A stretch of 62,966 bases of DNA, the filler included, from Licmophora abbreviata (lineage: Eukaryota), in assembly GCA_900291995.1 (NCBI GenBank). It is 7 parts of 7 records of this genome, joined end to end, with 100 filler letters (N's around TTAATTAATTAA, not from the genome) between each part and the next. Parts side by side here need not be neighbours in the genome. Positions count along the whole stretch, not along the records: positions 1 to 14,036 come from OLMU01002632.1; 6 more parts are not named here. One strand, 5' to 3'. A program made the translations under genes and the position numbers. The stretch's first letter is position 1; each line of letters begins with the position of its first letter. Positions 1 to 10,028 of this stretch are shown one piece after another. A model generated the notes under the pieces. The model ran no database searches. It saw only the letters and a list, made by a program, of their open reading frames with translations, and was not told where the DNA came from.

Positions 1-19
1 CTCATCTTTTGGGACTGCC

Positions 20-916
20 ATGCCCTTTGCTACCGGTGGTCCTCAGCAACCAGGCCTGGGGTCAGGGCAGAGCCTGCCCCTCATTGGAAACCCCCTCGCT
101 CAGCACCAGATGCCTCTATTCATAAATCCTTTTGGAGGCTTGTCAGCTCCCACTGCACTTCCCTTCTCCTTTGTTACTCCACAGATGATGGCTGGTATTT
201 TTGCCAATCCCGCAATGTCATTTGCAGGTGTGGCACCCACAGGAATCCCCCCGGAGCTGCTTGCGAGCTATCTTCTAAGTGGAAGTGCTCTAGGTAGAAT
301 GCTTCCAAATCCAGCCATGATGCTCTCCTTCCCATCAACAATGGTTCGCCCAGCGGTATCCTTCAATCTGTCCGCAGGTGACCTATCGAATGCTACTGGT
401 ACATCGCAACAAGCGCCACCAAGTGCTGATCACGGAAGTGCCGCAGGCAATCGGAGAGGCCCTCAACTTCCCATGCTCTTTACTCCAGTTGACGAAGACG
501 TCCTTTCAGATTATCAGATCATGCTACGAAGGCAGGTAGAGTTCTTTGAAGCCACTCAAGAAGACGTCGATACGACAACTCCGGGGCGCCACAGAGATAT
601 TGTTCTCGGGCAAGTTGGCATCAGATGTCGACACTGCGTGCACTTGCCGCTTCACATGCGTACTAAAGGCTCTGTGTACTATCCCTTCAAGCTCAAGGGA
701 CTCTACCAAGCGGCCCAGAACATGTCATCGAGCCACCTATGCAAGTCATGCGAGAGCATTCACCCTGCGATACGTGCGCAGCTGCTGGCATACAATGAAG
801 GCAAGTCTTCGTCTGGCTATGGAGGGAAACAATACTGGGCAGACGCTGCCAAGGCACAAGGTTTCGTGGAGACCGAAGAGAGAGGACTGCAATTTTCGCA
901 GGATGATCCGAGTTAG
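20..916 (+). CDS. Hypothetical protein: low-complexity P/S/A/G/M N-terminus plus a diatom-expanded Cys/His C-terminal domain; possibly 5'-partial
   Basis: C-terminal block LSDYQ..LRRQVEFFEAT..D..GR...I.LGQVGIRCRHC...KGSVYYP..L.GLYQAAQNM...HL..C...G..YW, which I recognise as a domain repeated in many uncharacterised diatom proteins; the frame is also open upstream of the ATG to the window edge. Confidence 0.75.
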   Translation: MPFATGGPQQPGLGSGQSLPLIGNPLAQHQMPLFINPFGGLSAPTALPFSFVTPQMMAGIFANPAMSFAGVAPTGIPPELLASYLLSGSALGRMLPNPAMMLSFPSTMVRPAVSFNLSAGDLSNATGTSQQAPPSADHGSAAGNRRGPQLPMLFTPVDEDVLSDYQIMLRRQVEFFEATQEDVDTTTPGRHRDIVLGQVGIRCRHCVHLPLHMRTKGSVYYPFKLKGLYQAAQNMSSSHLCKSCESIHPAIRAQLLAYNEGKSSSGYGGKQYWADAAKAQGFVETEERGLQFSQDDPS

Positions 917-1004
917 CCGGTCTGTGCCATTACCCGGGTGCTTGATAGTCGATACAATGCAAAGCGATTTTCAAGCGAGTGCTGCATAAACGCGTACTAG
1001 TCAA

Positions 1005-2513
1005 TTATAAAGAGACAATAATGAAGTCCAGCACACTAACTACCGACAAGAATAGAAAGCAATCTCTTCGCAATTCACGATTCTGGCGTCCCTTCCCTTG
1101 ATCGACGAGGACGTCTTCGCGAAAGCTTCGAATGACCTCTTGTCCGATACGATCCAAGTGGGGAAAGTGCTCCTTCTGTACTTCATAAAACTCGTCGCGC
1201 GAGATTTTGGGCTCTAACTCTACATAGCGTGTTCGCCCTCCGAATGCTGTATCGACCTGGATCGAGTCAGTTTTGTTGTTCTGGTGTGCCTTGTCGGCCC
1301 ACGCATAGATGCACCGTAGTCGATGCGGCATTTCGACCTCGTCCTCGAAATGACGTCGTTTTGCAATCTGAAATAGACGCAAGAGACGTTTCTCAGCGCG
1401 CTGCTCCTTTCTACGCTCTCGCCACCCTTTCTTAGGAATTGGAAGAGACTTTCCCGCATCAATCTCCTGAAGTGGCGTACGAATGGGGATTGCCTTGACT
1501 GCATCCTCGAAAAGTGTGTGTACAGCATTCTGGGTAGGATGAACAACAAGGTACGCCACTTTGTCCATTTCAACCTGGTCCAGCATTCCGTCGCCATCCC
1601 GATCCATCAAATTCCACACGGCAGATACGCGATCGGAACATGACCCGCCAGCGAAGGTTCGAAGCACCTCATTTAGCTGATGCAACGGCAAGGTCGATGC
1701 CTGAGCGTCCAACGTACGATCGTCGACTGCCGAGCGATCCACATCAGCATCAGTGACAGTTGCCAAGGCATCCCAAGATTCTTTCAGGTGATCGGCGGCC
1801 GCTTGAACCAGAACCCAACGATGGCGCGTGACGTTGGTGCCGACCGCCTCGGCGACAGAATCTAGATTGCCATCCACATCACTTTTCTCAATCCCTTCTA
1901 CTTGATCGCGGTCGAGGATCTCAAAAAAGTCACGTACGTTCCTTAAGCAGCGCTGAGGAGGATATTTGGCCGCCATTGACACAGCCTTGTGTGACACTTC
2001 CGCCAAGTACGTTCCCCACTGAACTTGGTGCAAGTCGTCCGGCAGATCCTTGCCGCGTTCGTCCATCCACGCCTGTAACTCATGTGCAACAGAAGCTTCA
2101 TTCGTTTCGTCAGCAGCTCTGGCAATCGCATGTATGCCATCCGCCAAGTAAAGGTCTAGCTTTTGTTCCGGAGTGGCGGCATCGTCCAAGGTCTTTTGTC
2201 CGGCGTCCAGCGCTGCTCGGAGCTCGCCGAGCTTGTCTCGCTTGGCCGACGTCGGTGCCCACACACCACCTGACGTGGAAACGTCCTGCGCTGTCGGCAT
2301 TTTCGCGTTCGAGGATGGCGCAGAAGCCGATGGAGACATGGGGCTGTATCCCACGAGGCGATCTGAGAAACGGCGTGAGACTTGTAGTGAAGACGGACGT
2401 TCTGACGAAGCCAAACGAGCCGCCGTGTTTTGACATGGAGAACAGGGAGCCCTCAAACTCGACAGTCTGGACGAAATCTGATGACGTACGGCCAACTGCA
2501 TAAGTCGACTCAT
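1005..2513 (-). CDS. EF-hand protein with probable mitochondrial presequence and C-terminal hydrophobic anchor
   Basis: Canonical EF-hand loop DRDGDGMLDQVE; Arg/Ser-rich acid-poor N-terminus from ATG 2513 (MSRLMQLAVRHQISSRLSSLR); hydrophobic C-terminus FLFLSVVSVLDFIIVSL. Confidence 0.7.
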   Translation of the reverse strand: MSRLMQLAVRHQISSRLSSLRAPCSPCQNTAARLASSERPSSLQVSRRFSDRLVGYSPMSPSASAPSSNAKMPTAQDVSTSGGVWAPTSAKRDKLGELRAALDAGQKTLDDAATPEQKLDLYLADGIHAIARAADETNEASVAHELQAWMDERGKDLPDDLHQVQWGTYLAEVSHKAVSMAAKYPPQRCLRNVRDFFEILDRDQVEGIEKSDVDGNLDSVAEAVGTNVTRHRWVLVQAAADHLKESWDALATVTDADVDRSAVDDRTLDAQASTLPLHQLNEVLRTFAGGSCSDRVSAVWNLMDRDGDGMLDQVEMDKVAYLVVHPTQNAVHTLFEDAVKAIPIRTPLQEIDAGKSLPIPKKGWRERRKEQRAEKRLLRLFQIAKRRHFEDEVEMPHRLRCIYAWADKAHQNNKTDSIQVDTAFGGRTRYVELEPKISRDEFYEVQKEHFPHLDRIGQEVIRSFREDVLVDQGKGRQNRELRRDCFLFLSVVSVLDFIIVSL

Positions 2514-2964
2514 GATGATAATATTCAAGATGGAAAGCAAGAAGAAGCGAGGAGGAGATTCATTCGGCGAGACAAAAGGCCGGGTCTGCCGATACCAAGT
2601 ACTAGTAGGAGGGTTGAGCAGCAGCCACCATCGACGACGGAGAGCACATCAGCGAATGTCTAATAATCTAATCATGTTCAATGTTGAATGTGACATGTGA
2701 CGCAACGAGGTTCGCGGTGCGCGGCGTTTGCGCGCTTAAAATTATATCAAACCCGGGGTAACATATCATGCCTTGTACTTTTCCACGTTGACACGAACAT
2801 GTTCACGCGGTTTGTTCATTATTAATCCTATCGTAGCTTCTAGCTAATCGTCTGTCGCAGACGGTACGTTGCACCACAAATCGGTTACCTGGTACAAATA
2901 CCGACGTCGTAGCGCTTTCTTAGCAGTATGAGTAGAGAGTACCGGTATGATACTTCTCTAGAGT

Positions 2965-3809
2965 CTAAGTTGTGGTCCACACAGGAACTCCCGATAGGGC
3001 GCTCGCCGTTGCAATTCCGATCGTAATGAGAGCTAGACTGCCGCAGATGTTGACAAAGAATACCACAAGTCCGATCGCGGTAGCTTTGTTGCAGTTGAAT
3101 CGACTCTGCGCATCTACTACGGCCTTTTCGAAGTAGCGCGAAAGATAGACAGAAAGAGCGAACCGAGCGGGTCGGATGATATTGAGGAAAGCAAAGAAGC
3201 CCGCGTACACAGCCAAGAAACCTTTCCACTGTTCAGGAGCCAAGGGAGAAAGACCCGACTTTATCAGAGTAAAGATCAAAGCGTGAGAAATTACAATCAA
3301 ACATTCTTGAGGACATAACCTGCGATTGCTTCAGAGATACGCACCCTTCTGGAAGCAATGTACCACGCACACGATACAGCTGTACACCCGAAAGCATTGC
3401 TCACGAATCCATAAGACAGTATGACGCTCGTCCCTAGCTTTGTGAGTGTTGTCCGATCGATCTTCTTGGTTCCAAAGATCTTCGACCAGAAACCCTTCTT
3501 TTCTCCGTCGTCGACGGAAAGAGATTCATCCATCGACATTTCTTTGTCGCCAGATTCCACGTCTTCTCCTCCTGCTTCTCGGTCGTCATCAGACATCATA
3601 TCGAGCTGTGTTAACAAGCGGTGGGCGACGGAGTGATCTCTAGATGCGCGACACCTGCCAACGAGGCGAGGGCGAGCACGGGGGGCTACTGCGAGGCGGG
3701 CGGTTCGCGAGACCGAATACTTGTTCAGCCCAAACGCTGCCACATTCTGAACATTGGCAGCCATCAGCAGAAAAGCGCATACAGCTTTATACACAAGTCG
3801 ATAATGCAT
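2965..3809 (-). CDS. Plastid-targeted membrane protein, FAM210/DUF1279-like (2 exons)
   Basis: Signal peptide ending VQNVAA|FGL; GT-AG intron 3344-3259 joins ...WYIASRR to SGLSPLAPEQWKGFLAVYAGFF..NIIRPARFALS in frame; several hydrophobic helices. Family assignment tentative. Confidence 0.7.
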
Positions 3810-4596
3810 ATTGCCAGGTGCAGGAGCTTCCCCTCCGACGCGGGCCGTAGCTAGACTTCTCACTGATTGCAGGGTGACCTTGTCCCGAGACTGTCGTCAA
3901 GTTGAATACGAACGAGACACAAGATCGCGATACCTTATACTCCCCGACGTTTTATTCATTTTTCTAGATTGACGAAGGAAACTTTGTGCCACTTAAAACG
4001 TGGGTTGTGTTGGATCGCTTTTCAACCATTGCAATCTAGCCGCCGTCCGTAGCTGGTACCTATTGCAATGATTGTTTAACAGTTAAGGTGAATTTTGATA
4101 TGAGTAATACATGATACCAAGTGCGGCACTGCTGGGGCCTGAAAAGAAATATAATGAGGCCACAGACGAATCGAATCAGCCTGCATGCACTGTAGACTGA
4201 CTCGTCTATCCGTTGTTTCCCGTGGTTGGTGCAGTAAGACTGCTTGGCGAAACAAAGCGATTGTCGCGTCCACCGAATAACAAATTCGTCGGTCACACGA
4301 GTACAGGTCGTAGTATGATACTCGTGATGAATCTTCAACTAGTTTTCTCAACAAAGGTTGCGAATCGATCTAACAAAACTCGCCGGTAGACACAAAGACA
4401 TCGTAAATACACTGTGGGTAACAAGTCTTCTCACTAATGACTAAGTCAAAGTTGGCGAGGGTTCCCAGGGTGTGATGTGACATGAACGTAGGGAGCAAAC
4501 CAGCCCCTACGCTGAGCTTCGCCAGGGAGCAAGAGAGATGGACATGGAGGTCTAGATTGCAGTATCGTCCTTGGCAAGCAGGCAATTACTCGTGAG

Positions 4597-6590
4597 TCAA
4601 TCCCATTCTGTAGTCTCTTCCGCATTTCCTTCCTTCGTAGCTTCTGCAGCCGCTCGCTCCTCCTGAAGCGCCTCGTGTCGCGATCGCCTCGCACGATTCA
4701 AGCGATACTGATCCTTCATCTCTTGCAAGGCCAGATCCAGCTGTCGGTTCGATTCCAACTCGACAAAAGCGAAAGTCGTGTTCATCGGGACCGTAGCAAT
4801 AACTCCACGATCGCCACCATATTTTCGAAATGCGCGTTCTAGTTCAGCACGCCGCAACTCGACTTCTGCTTCGGTGGAAATACGCGACATGCCACTGACG
4901 AATAGCTTGCGCTGGAAAACCAATGAGAATCAACCAGTGAGACACTGGATGACGACATCTCAGGCAAACATCCTAACGCGAGTATACATACCGGGTGTAG
5001 ACCACTGAACACATTTGTACCTGCAACGTGAGAGAGGTCGCCCTGGGCCATTGACGCCTTGTGGCCCCACCAGACTTTGTAAACTGTCCACACCTCTCGA
5101 CCTGTCAGTTCAGCAAGAGCCGACATCTGGTATGTTAACGACCAGCGTGCGATAGGTTTTCACAGGTTTTATTTTCACCCTCGAGCGATTCTGCACTTAC
5201 TTCCGTAGTCATCTGAGCTCGGGAACTGCAAGACCAAAGGTCCTTGTTTCGATGGTAGCTGCCGACGATGCTCCAATCGAGCGCAGTGCTCACCCTCGAG
5301 GATCACATCAAAGCCATCGCCGTTTATCTGGATGACAAGAGTACACGCCGACTGTCCGAATATCAAAGGAAGCTGTGAAAGTGGAATGTTAATGCCCTGT
5401 CCCCAAATTCCTGCTTGCTTGTCGTTGACAACTACCTGGCCACCACGTTCGTGCTGACGTGGATTGAAGTGAAATAGCACGTCGAAGAAATCTGCATGAT
5501 CCGGTCCGGCAATGTTGACACTTGATTCAGATGAGAAAACGACCGCTGAGATATGAGGCGTCAAAGAGAAAAGCACACATAAAACCAATTATCTGATTGA
5601 TCTCTGCGTACCTGAAACGTTTCGAGTCCGGAGGAGCCATGAATTTGATTGCGAGTGTGTTGTTGCCTTTGCCGACCCGTGCTTGTTCAATATCAAAATC
5701 TTCCAGCTGAAAGCTCAGAGCGTCATGGTTGGGAGTCATCGAGGACTCAGGTGGAGACCAGCTCACTGAATCGGTAGACATTGGAAACAATACTTTGCCT
5801 GCGTTGACGGGAAATTAGAGCAAGGCGGGAGGTAGTCTTGGTAAGAAGCGCCTAGTGTATAAAGAAATACAACGCAGTGTAGGCACGCTCCCCAATACAC
5901 ACCTGTATAGCTCTTGAGTCCCAGCTCCTGAGAGAATTCGTGGGGCGGAGTCGCTTGATGGCTGAGATTGGCAATGAGCGACGCCTTCTCCGCTGGCGCG
6001 TCCAGCCTCTTGCGTTTGAGTGATATTCCGGTTGTACTCTCCGCTGCATCGGCCGCAGAGGCGAGATGTTGCTGCCGCAAAGCTTCGGCGGCCGCTTCCG
6101 ACTCGGCTTTCACAGAATTTTTCGCCTCTTCCACCTGTTCTCGCAATTCGGCCAATTTTGCTTCGCGGCGTTGGTGCAGTGTGTCCGCGCCCCCCTCTTC
6201 TTCGTCGTCTTCTGATTCCAAATCGTCGTCGTGATCAATGCCTTCGGCCTCGTGTTTTACCAGTCGGTCTGCCTTCCTTTTCCGCGGTTTCTTCTTTTTG
6301 GGAATTTCCTCGTGTTGCTCTTCCTCTTCTCTGGATTGCTGAAACTTGGCGTCCGCTGCGGCCAATTTGGCTTTGGCTTGACGCTCCTTGATCCGTGCTG
6401 CTTCCTTTTCGTAGGTTCGAATCGTCTCGTACATTTTCAGCAGCTCCTCTTCTTCTCTTGTCGGTTCAAAATCCTCTGGAAGCGGCACAAGATTGTATTT
6501 TGCTTGGGCAGCCGCTGTCGGTGTCCTCCAGCTCGGTGGCGGCAGAGGAGGAGCCGCGGGTGGGCCTCCCGGTGCCGGTATGGGTACCAT
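4597..6590 (-). CDS. Coiled-coil/NLS-rich protein with a galectin-like domain and a C-terminal RRM (5 exons)
   Basis: Introns 5902-5799, 5611-5521, 5200-5102 and 4991-4912 (all GT-AG) splice in frame; galectin signature KRFSVNI...VLFHFNPR...VVVN....WG; RRM RNP2 KLFVSGM and RNP1-like TTFAFVEL; basic clusters KKKKPRKRK and KRKR. Confidence 0.8.
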
Positions 6591-6935
6591 GGTTCTTTGC
6601 GAAGAGTGTGTCTTAAGTTTTCATTTCCGCCAATTGAATCGACTGATTCGACTGGATCGATTCGATTACGAGACGAGTTGGTTCTCGCGCGCGCGTGTTC
6701 GAGAGTGTCTCATGTGACATGTCTCATGTCATGCTTATTTTCGGGTCTTCGTGGCCTTTGGCGCCAAAAAACAAACAAACTGACGAGGCCAAGTCACCGC
6801 GGCACGGCGATGCCCAGTCGAGCGCCGATGATCGATGATTATACTTTGATCTTCCCACGCGCACGGTCGACGCCCCGTCGCCTACCTCTTTAAATTTTCA
6901 GGTTTCTATATTTGGCAGAAGGAAAACGATTGACG

Positions 6936-8099
6936 ATGAAAAGCGGCCGGATGAAGACTACTACTATGCCGATACTTTGTAGCATGGTTGTAGTCAGCTT
7001 GTCACTTGGGATCGTCTATTTCTATCTGGAAACTGAACGTCTGAAACGAAAGATTTCGAAAACAACGAGCAACGAGACAGAGGAGTCGGTGGAGAAGAGT
7101 TCCGAAAGCTCGACAGACTCCTCCAAGAGAGATTTCAGCATGCATGAAATCGGTGTCGTGTACTCGCCCTTCCCCCAACGAGCTGGATGTCCCCGTCAGG
7201 GAACCTTGGCGCCTCATGTTGCGTCGCACGTTCTGTTACATTCTCACTTATCCGCTGATATATTGGACGGGATCACCTCTTATTCGCACGTGTGGGTGAT
7301 CTTCTCCTTTCACTTGAATTCTCGTGGCAAAGCAAAGCAAGGGACCAGAAAGGGGTCGAAAACATTCACTGCTGCCAAGGTGCGACCACCTCGGGCAGGA
7401 GGGCGAAAGATCGGAGTACTTGCGACACGGGCTCCGCATCGGCCCAATCCGGTCGGTCTGTCGTTGGCTTTGCTGGAATCTGTTAGCGTTGTCAGCATAC
7501 GAGGGAAATCTCACGCTTGTTTGGTATTGCGCGGGTTGGATCTGGTGGACAATACGCCCGTATACGATATCAAGCCGTACGTTGTTTGGGACTCTGTGGA
7601 ACGCTCCACACTACGTGTCCCGTCGTGGGTATCGGCAGAGGACGAGATGGCCCAAGTGACATGGAGTGAAGCGGCAAGGGTCAATCTGGCGTTTGCTCAA
7701 CGGCATCTGGCTCCTCTATACCCCAAGAGTGACCAAGGCATTGCGGATGCTTCCAAGGCAATATCTGAAATTGTGGCTCAGGATCCGAGAGCGCCTCGTG
7801 ATGGACGTGGCGCCTCATCTGTATCATCAGCGTTCGAGTTTTCGTTTGGTGAACTACGGGTGTCTTTTGTCGTAGATGAACGCAGGGTTGCAAAAATTAT
7901 TTCAGTGATTGTCGACGAAGGGGATCTCTCTGCTACCGACGGAAGCTATCCGCGTAATCTTGCAGTTCGCCGCAATGCGGAAAGGAAGACGACAGAACGG
8001 GGCGACAGAATCCCAAGCTGGGCAGGTCCCGTGCGTGAGGGCGATATGGAAAGCTTGTTGCAGCTCCAGGATGGAACGGTCTGGCAGAGTCGGGCATAA
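6936..8099 (+). CDS. TRMO: tRNA (adenine(37)-N6)-methyltransferase, TsaA/TrmO family
   Basis: Motifs IG.VYSPF..RAGCPRQG, YSHVWVIFSFH, KVRPPR..G..IGVLATRAPHRPNPVGLS, GLDLVDNTPVYDIKPY, QDPR. Confidence 0.9.
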   Translation: MKSGRMKTTTMPILCSMVVVSLSLGIVYFYLETERLKRKISKTTSNETEESVEKSSESSTDSSKRDFSMHEIGVVYSPFPQRAGCPRQGTLAPHVASHVLLHSHLSADILDGITSYSHVWVIFSFHLNSRGKAKQGTRKGSKTFTAAKVRPPRAGGRKIGVLATRAPHRPNPVGLSLALLESVSVVSIRGKSHACLVLRGLDLVDNTPVYDIKPYVVWDSVERSTLRVPSWVSAEDEMAQVTWSEAARVNLAFAQRHLAPLYPKSDQGIADASKAISEIVAQDPRAPRDGRGASSVSSAFEFSFGELRVSFVVDERRVAKIISVIVDEGDLSATDGSYPRNLAVRRNAERKTTERGDRIPSWAGPVREGDMESLLQLQDGTVWQSRA

Positions 8100-8590
8100 C
8101 AAGACTCTCCACGGCGCTTATTCTTTGATTGAAAGTCAAGGAGATTGAAGAAATCGACCGATACCAGGTTCTGGCTTGCGCAAGGTTCTCACTCTCGAGT
8201 GCGACCAGGGTGGCTACAATAGAATTTAATAAAGACAGCTCTCCTGCTATTTTGAATTTGCAGCTTCGTGCTAGCGTGGTTAATACTGTGCCCGGTTCAG
8301 GTAACACTCCGACGCAGACTTCCGGTAGTGTCCATCGATGATATTGAAACTAGCACAGCATTAAGGCGTAAGGGAAAGAAAGGGCCAAGCGTCGATAGGA
8401 AATCTCGAGTTTTTTTAATCTCTTGCGTCCGCGGTCTCCTCAGCCACTCATTTTCGATTTTGACTTTTGACGCAGCCCACTCAACATTGAACATGAACGA
8501 TCGATCTGATCGTGCTGTCGACGACGAGGGCCAGCAGAGAACAGCCATTGGTCGCTGTCTGTCAATTACGCTCTTGAGCAAGATCTACAA

Positions 8591-10028
8591 ATGACGAAGA
8601 ACGCATTCATGACAGTGAGCGTCGGCGAGAAGGAGCTGGGAACGCTGCAGCTCGTCTTGTATGACGACACAGTCCCGCGCACAGTTTCAAATTTTGTCGG
8701 CCTCTTTCCTCGATACAAGGGCTGCAAGTTTCATCGAATCATCCCTCGTTTCATGGCTCAGGGTGGAGACTACGAAAAGGGAGATGGAACTGGTGGAGAA
8801 AGTATATTCGGAAAGAAGTTTGACGATGAAAATTTCATCCACCGACATTCGAAACGTGGCGTGCTCAGCTTGGCGAACTCGGGGCCGGACTCAAATGGGA
8901 GTCAGTTCTTCATTACGTTTCGGCCCACACCGCATCTTGACGGCAGACACGTTGTCTTTGGGCACGTTGATATGACGACAGGGAACGCGGTGGGAGTCAT
9001 GGACGCAATGGAGAACGTACGCACGGGCCGCGACGACGCTCCACTCGTACCTCTGATCATTTCCGACTGCGGCGTCGTCGAACTGAACAAAAAAGAAGCG
9101 CAGGATGCAGATGAGATTGACCTCGATGCTCCAGAAGGTCAGATGAACAGCGCACAAGCGGAAGCCCATGCCGAGCCACAGCCGCACGACGACGACATTG
9201 ACTTGTCGGAAGGAGAAGAAGACGACGACGACGACACACCAAAAACCAACTCGCAAGCATTGCGGGATCGCCTCAAGAAGTTGAAGATGAAGATGAATCA
9301 GGCTCGCCAGCTTAATCGACAGGAAGTTATGCGTGAGGGTGAGCGGCTAGGGAGTGTCGAAGGGATGGCGAAGGAACGAAGGCGGCAGGCGGTACAGGAA
9401 AAAAAGATGAGAGAAAAGGAATGGGAAGCACGCAATGCGAAGGCTATGGAAGTTGCAGCAGAAGCTGGTATCGAGGCAAAGTTCGTTGTCCAGCCGGCCG
9501 TGGACAGTATGGTAAGTGTATTTTTTTTGCTGTGATGAGCGAAGAGATAGCGGTTGTAGGCGGTATCGTCAGCTCAAGTACTTTTGTTCCGACATGGCTG
9601 AACATGCACAGAACAAGTCCATGCGGGAGGCAGCAAAGGTGGAATCGAGACGCCACAGTGCCAGAGATTACCACAATCCAGAAGGCCAACATCGGAATTA
9701 TCAACGTAGTATCAAGAGTGTTCCTGCTCATGGGGCATTGGATCATGCTTCGGCTGACTCCAGTGGGACATTCAACCCTATGGGGGTCATGTCAGCAGGA
9801 GCGAACGAAGAAGCCGACGAACGCAACGGGGCTCGTCGACTGGCGAATGAGATGAAGCGACGAATCGAAAAGCAAGCAAAGCGAAAACGCGATAAGCTGG
9901 AGTTCGAGGCCACCGACGTCACGTCCATCAGCAAGCGAAACAAGATGTTTAACAAGAAGATTGGGCGCGACTACGACGAGCATACCGCGGAGATCCGGCA
10001 GAATCTAGAGCGTGGAACAGCCCTATAA
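8591..10028 (+). CDS. Cyclophilin-type PPIase fused to a SYF2 splicing-factor domain (2 exons)
   Basis: N-terminal cyclophilin (FHRIIPRFMAQGGD, GTGGESIFG, LANSGPDSNGSQFFIT, HLDGRHVVFG); intron 9512-9611; C-terminus DVTSISKRNKMFNKKIGRDYDEHTAEIRQNLERGTAL is the SYF2 signature. Confidence 0.9.

Noticed and set aside
3870..4590. Several 70-92 aa minus-strand ORFs between two genes
   Set aside because: No motifs and no consistent splice model; treated as UTR or intergenic.
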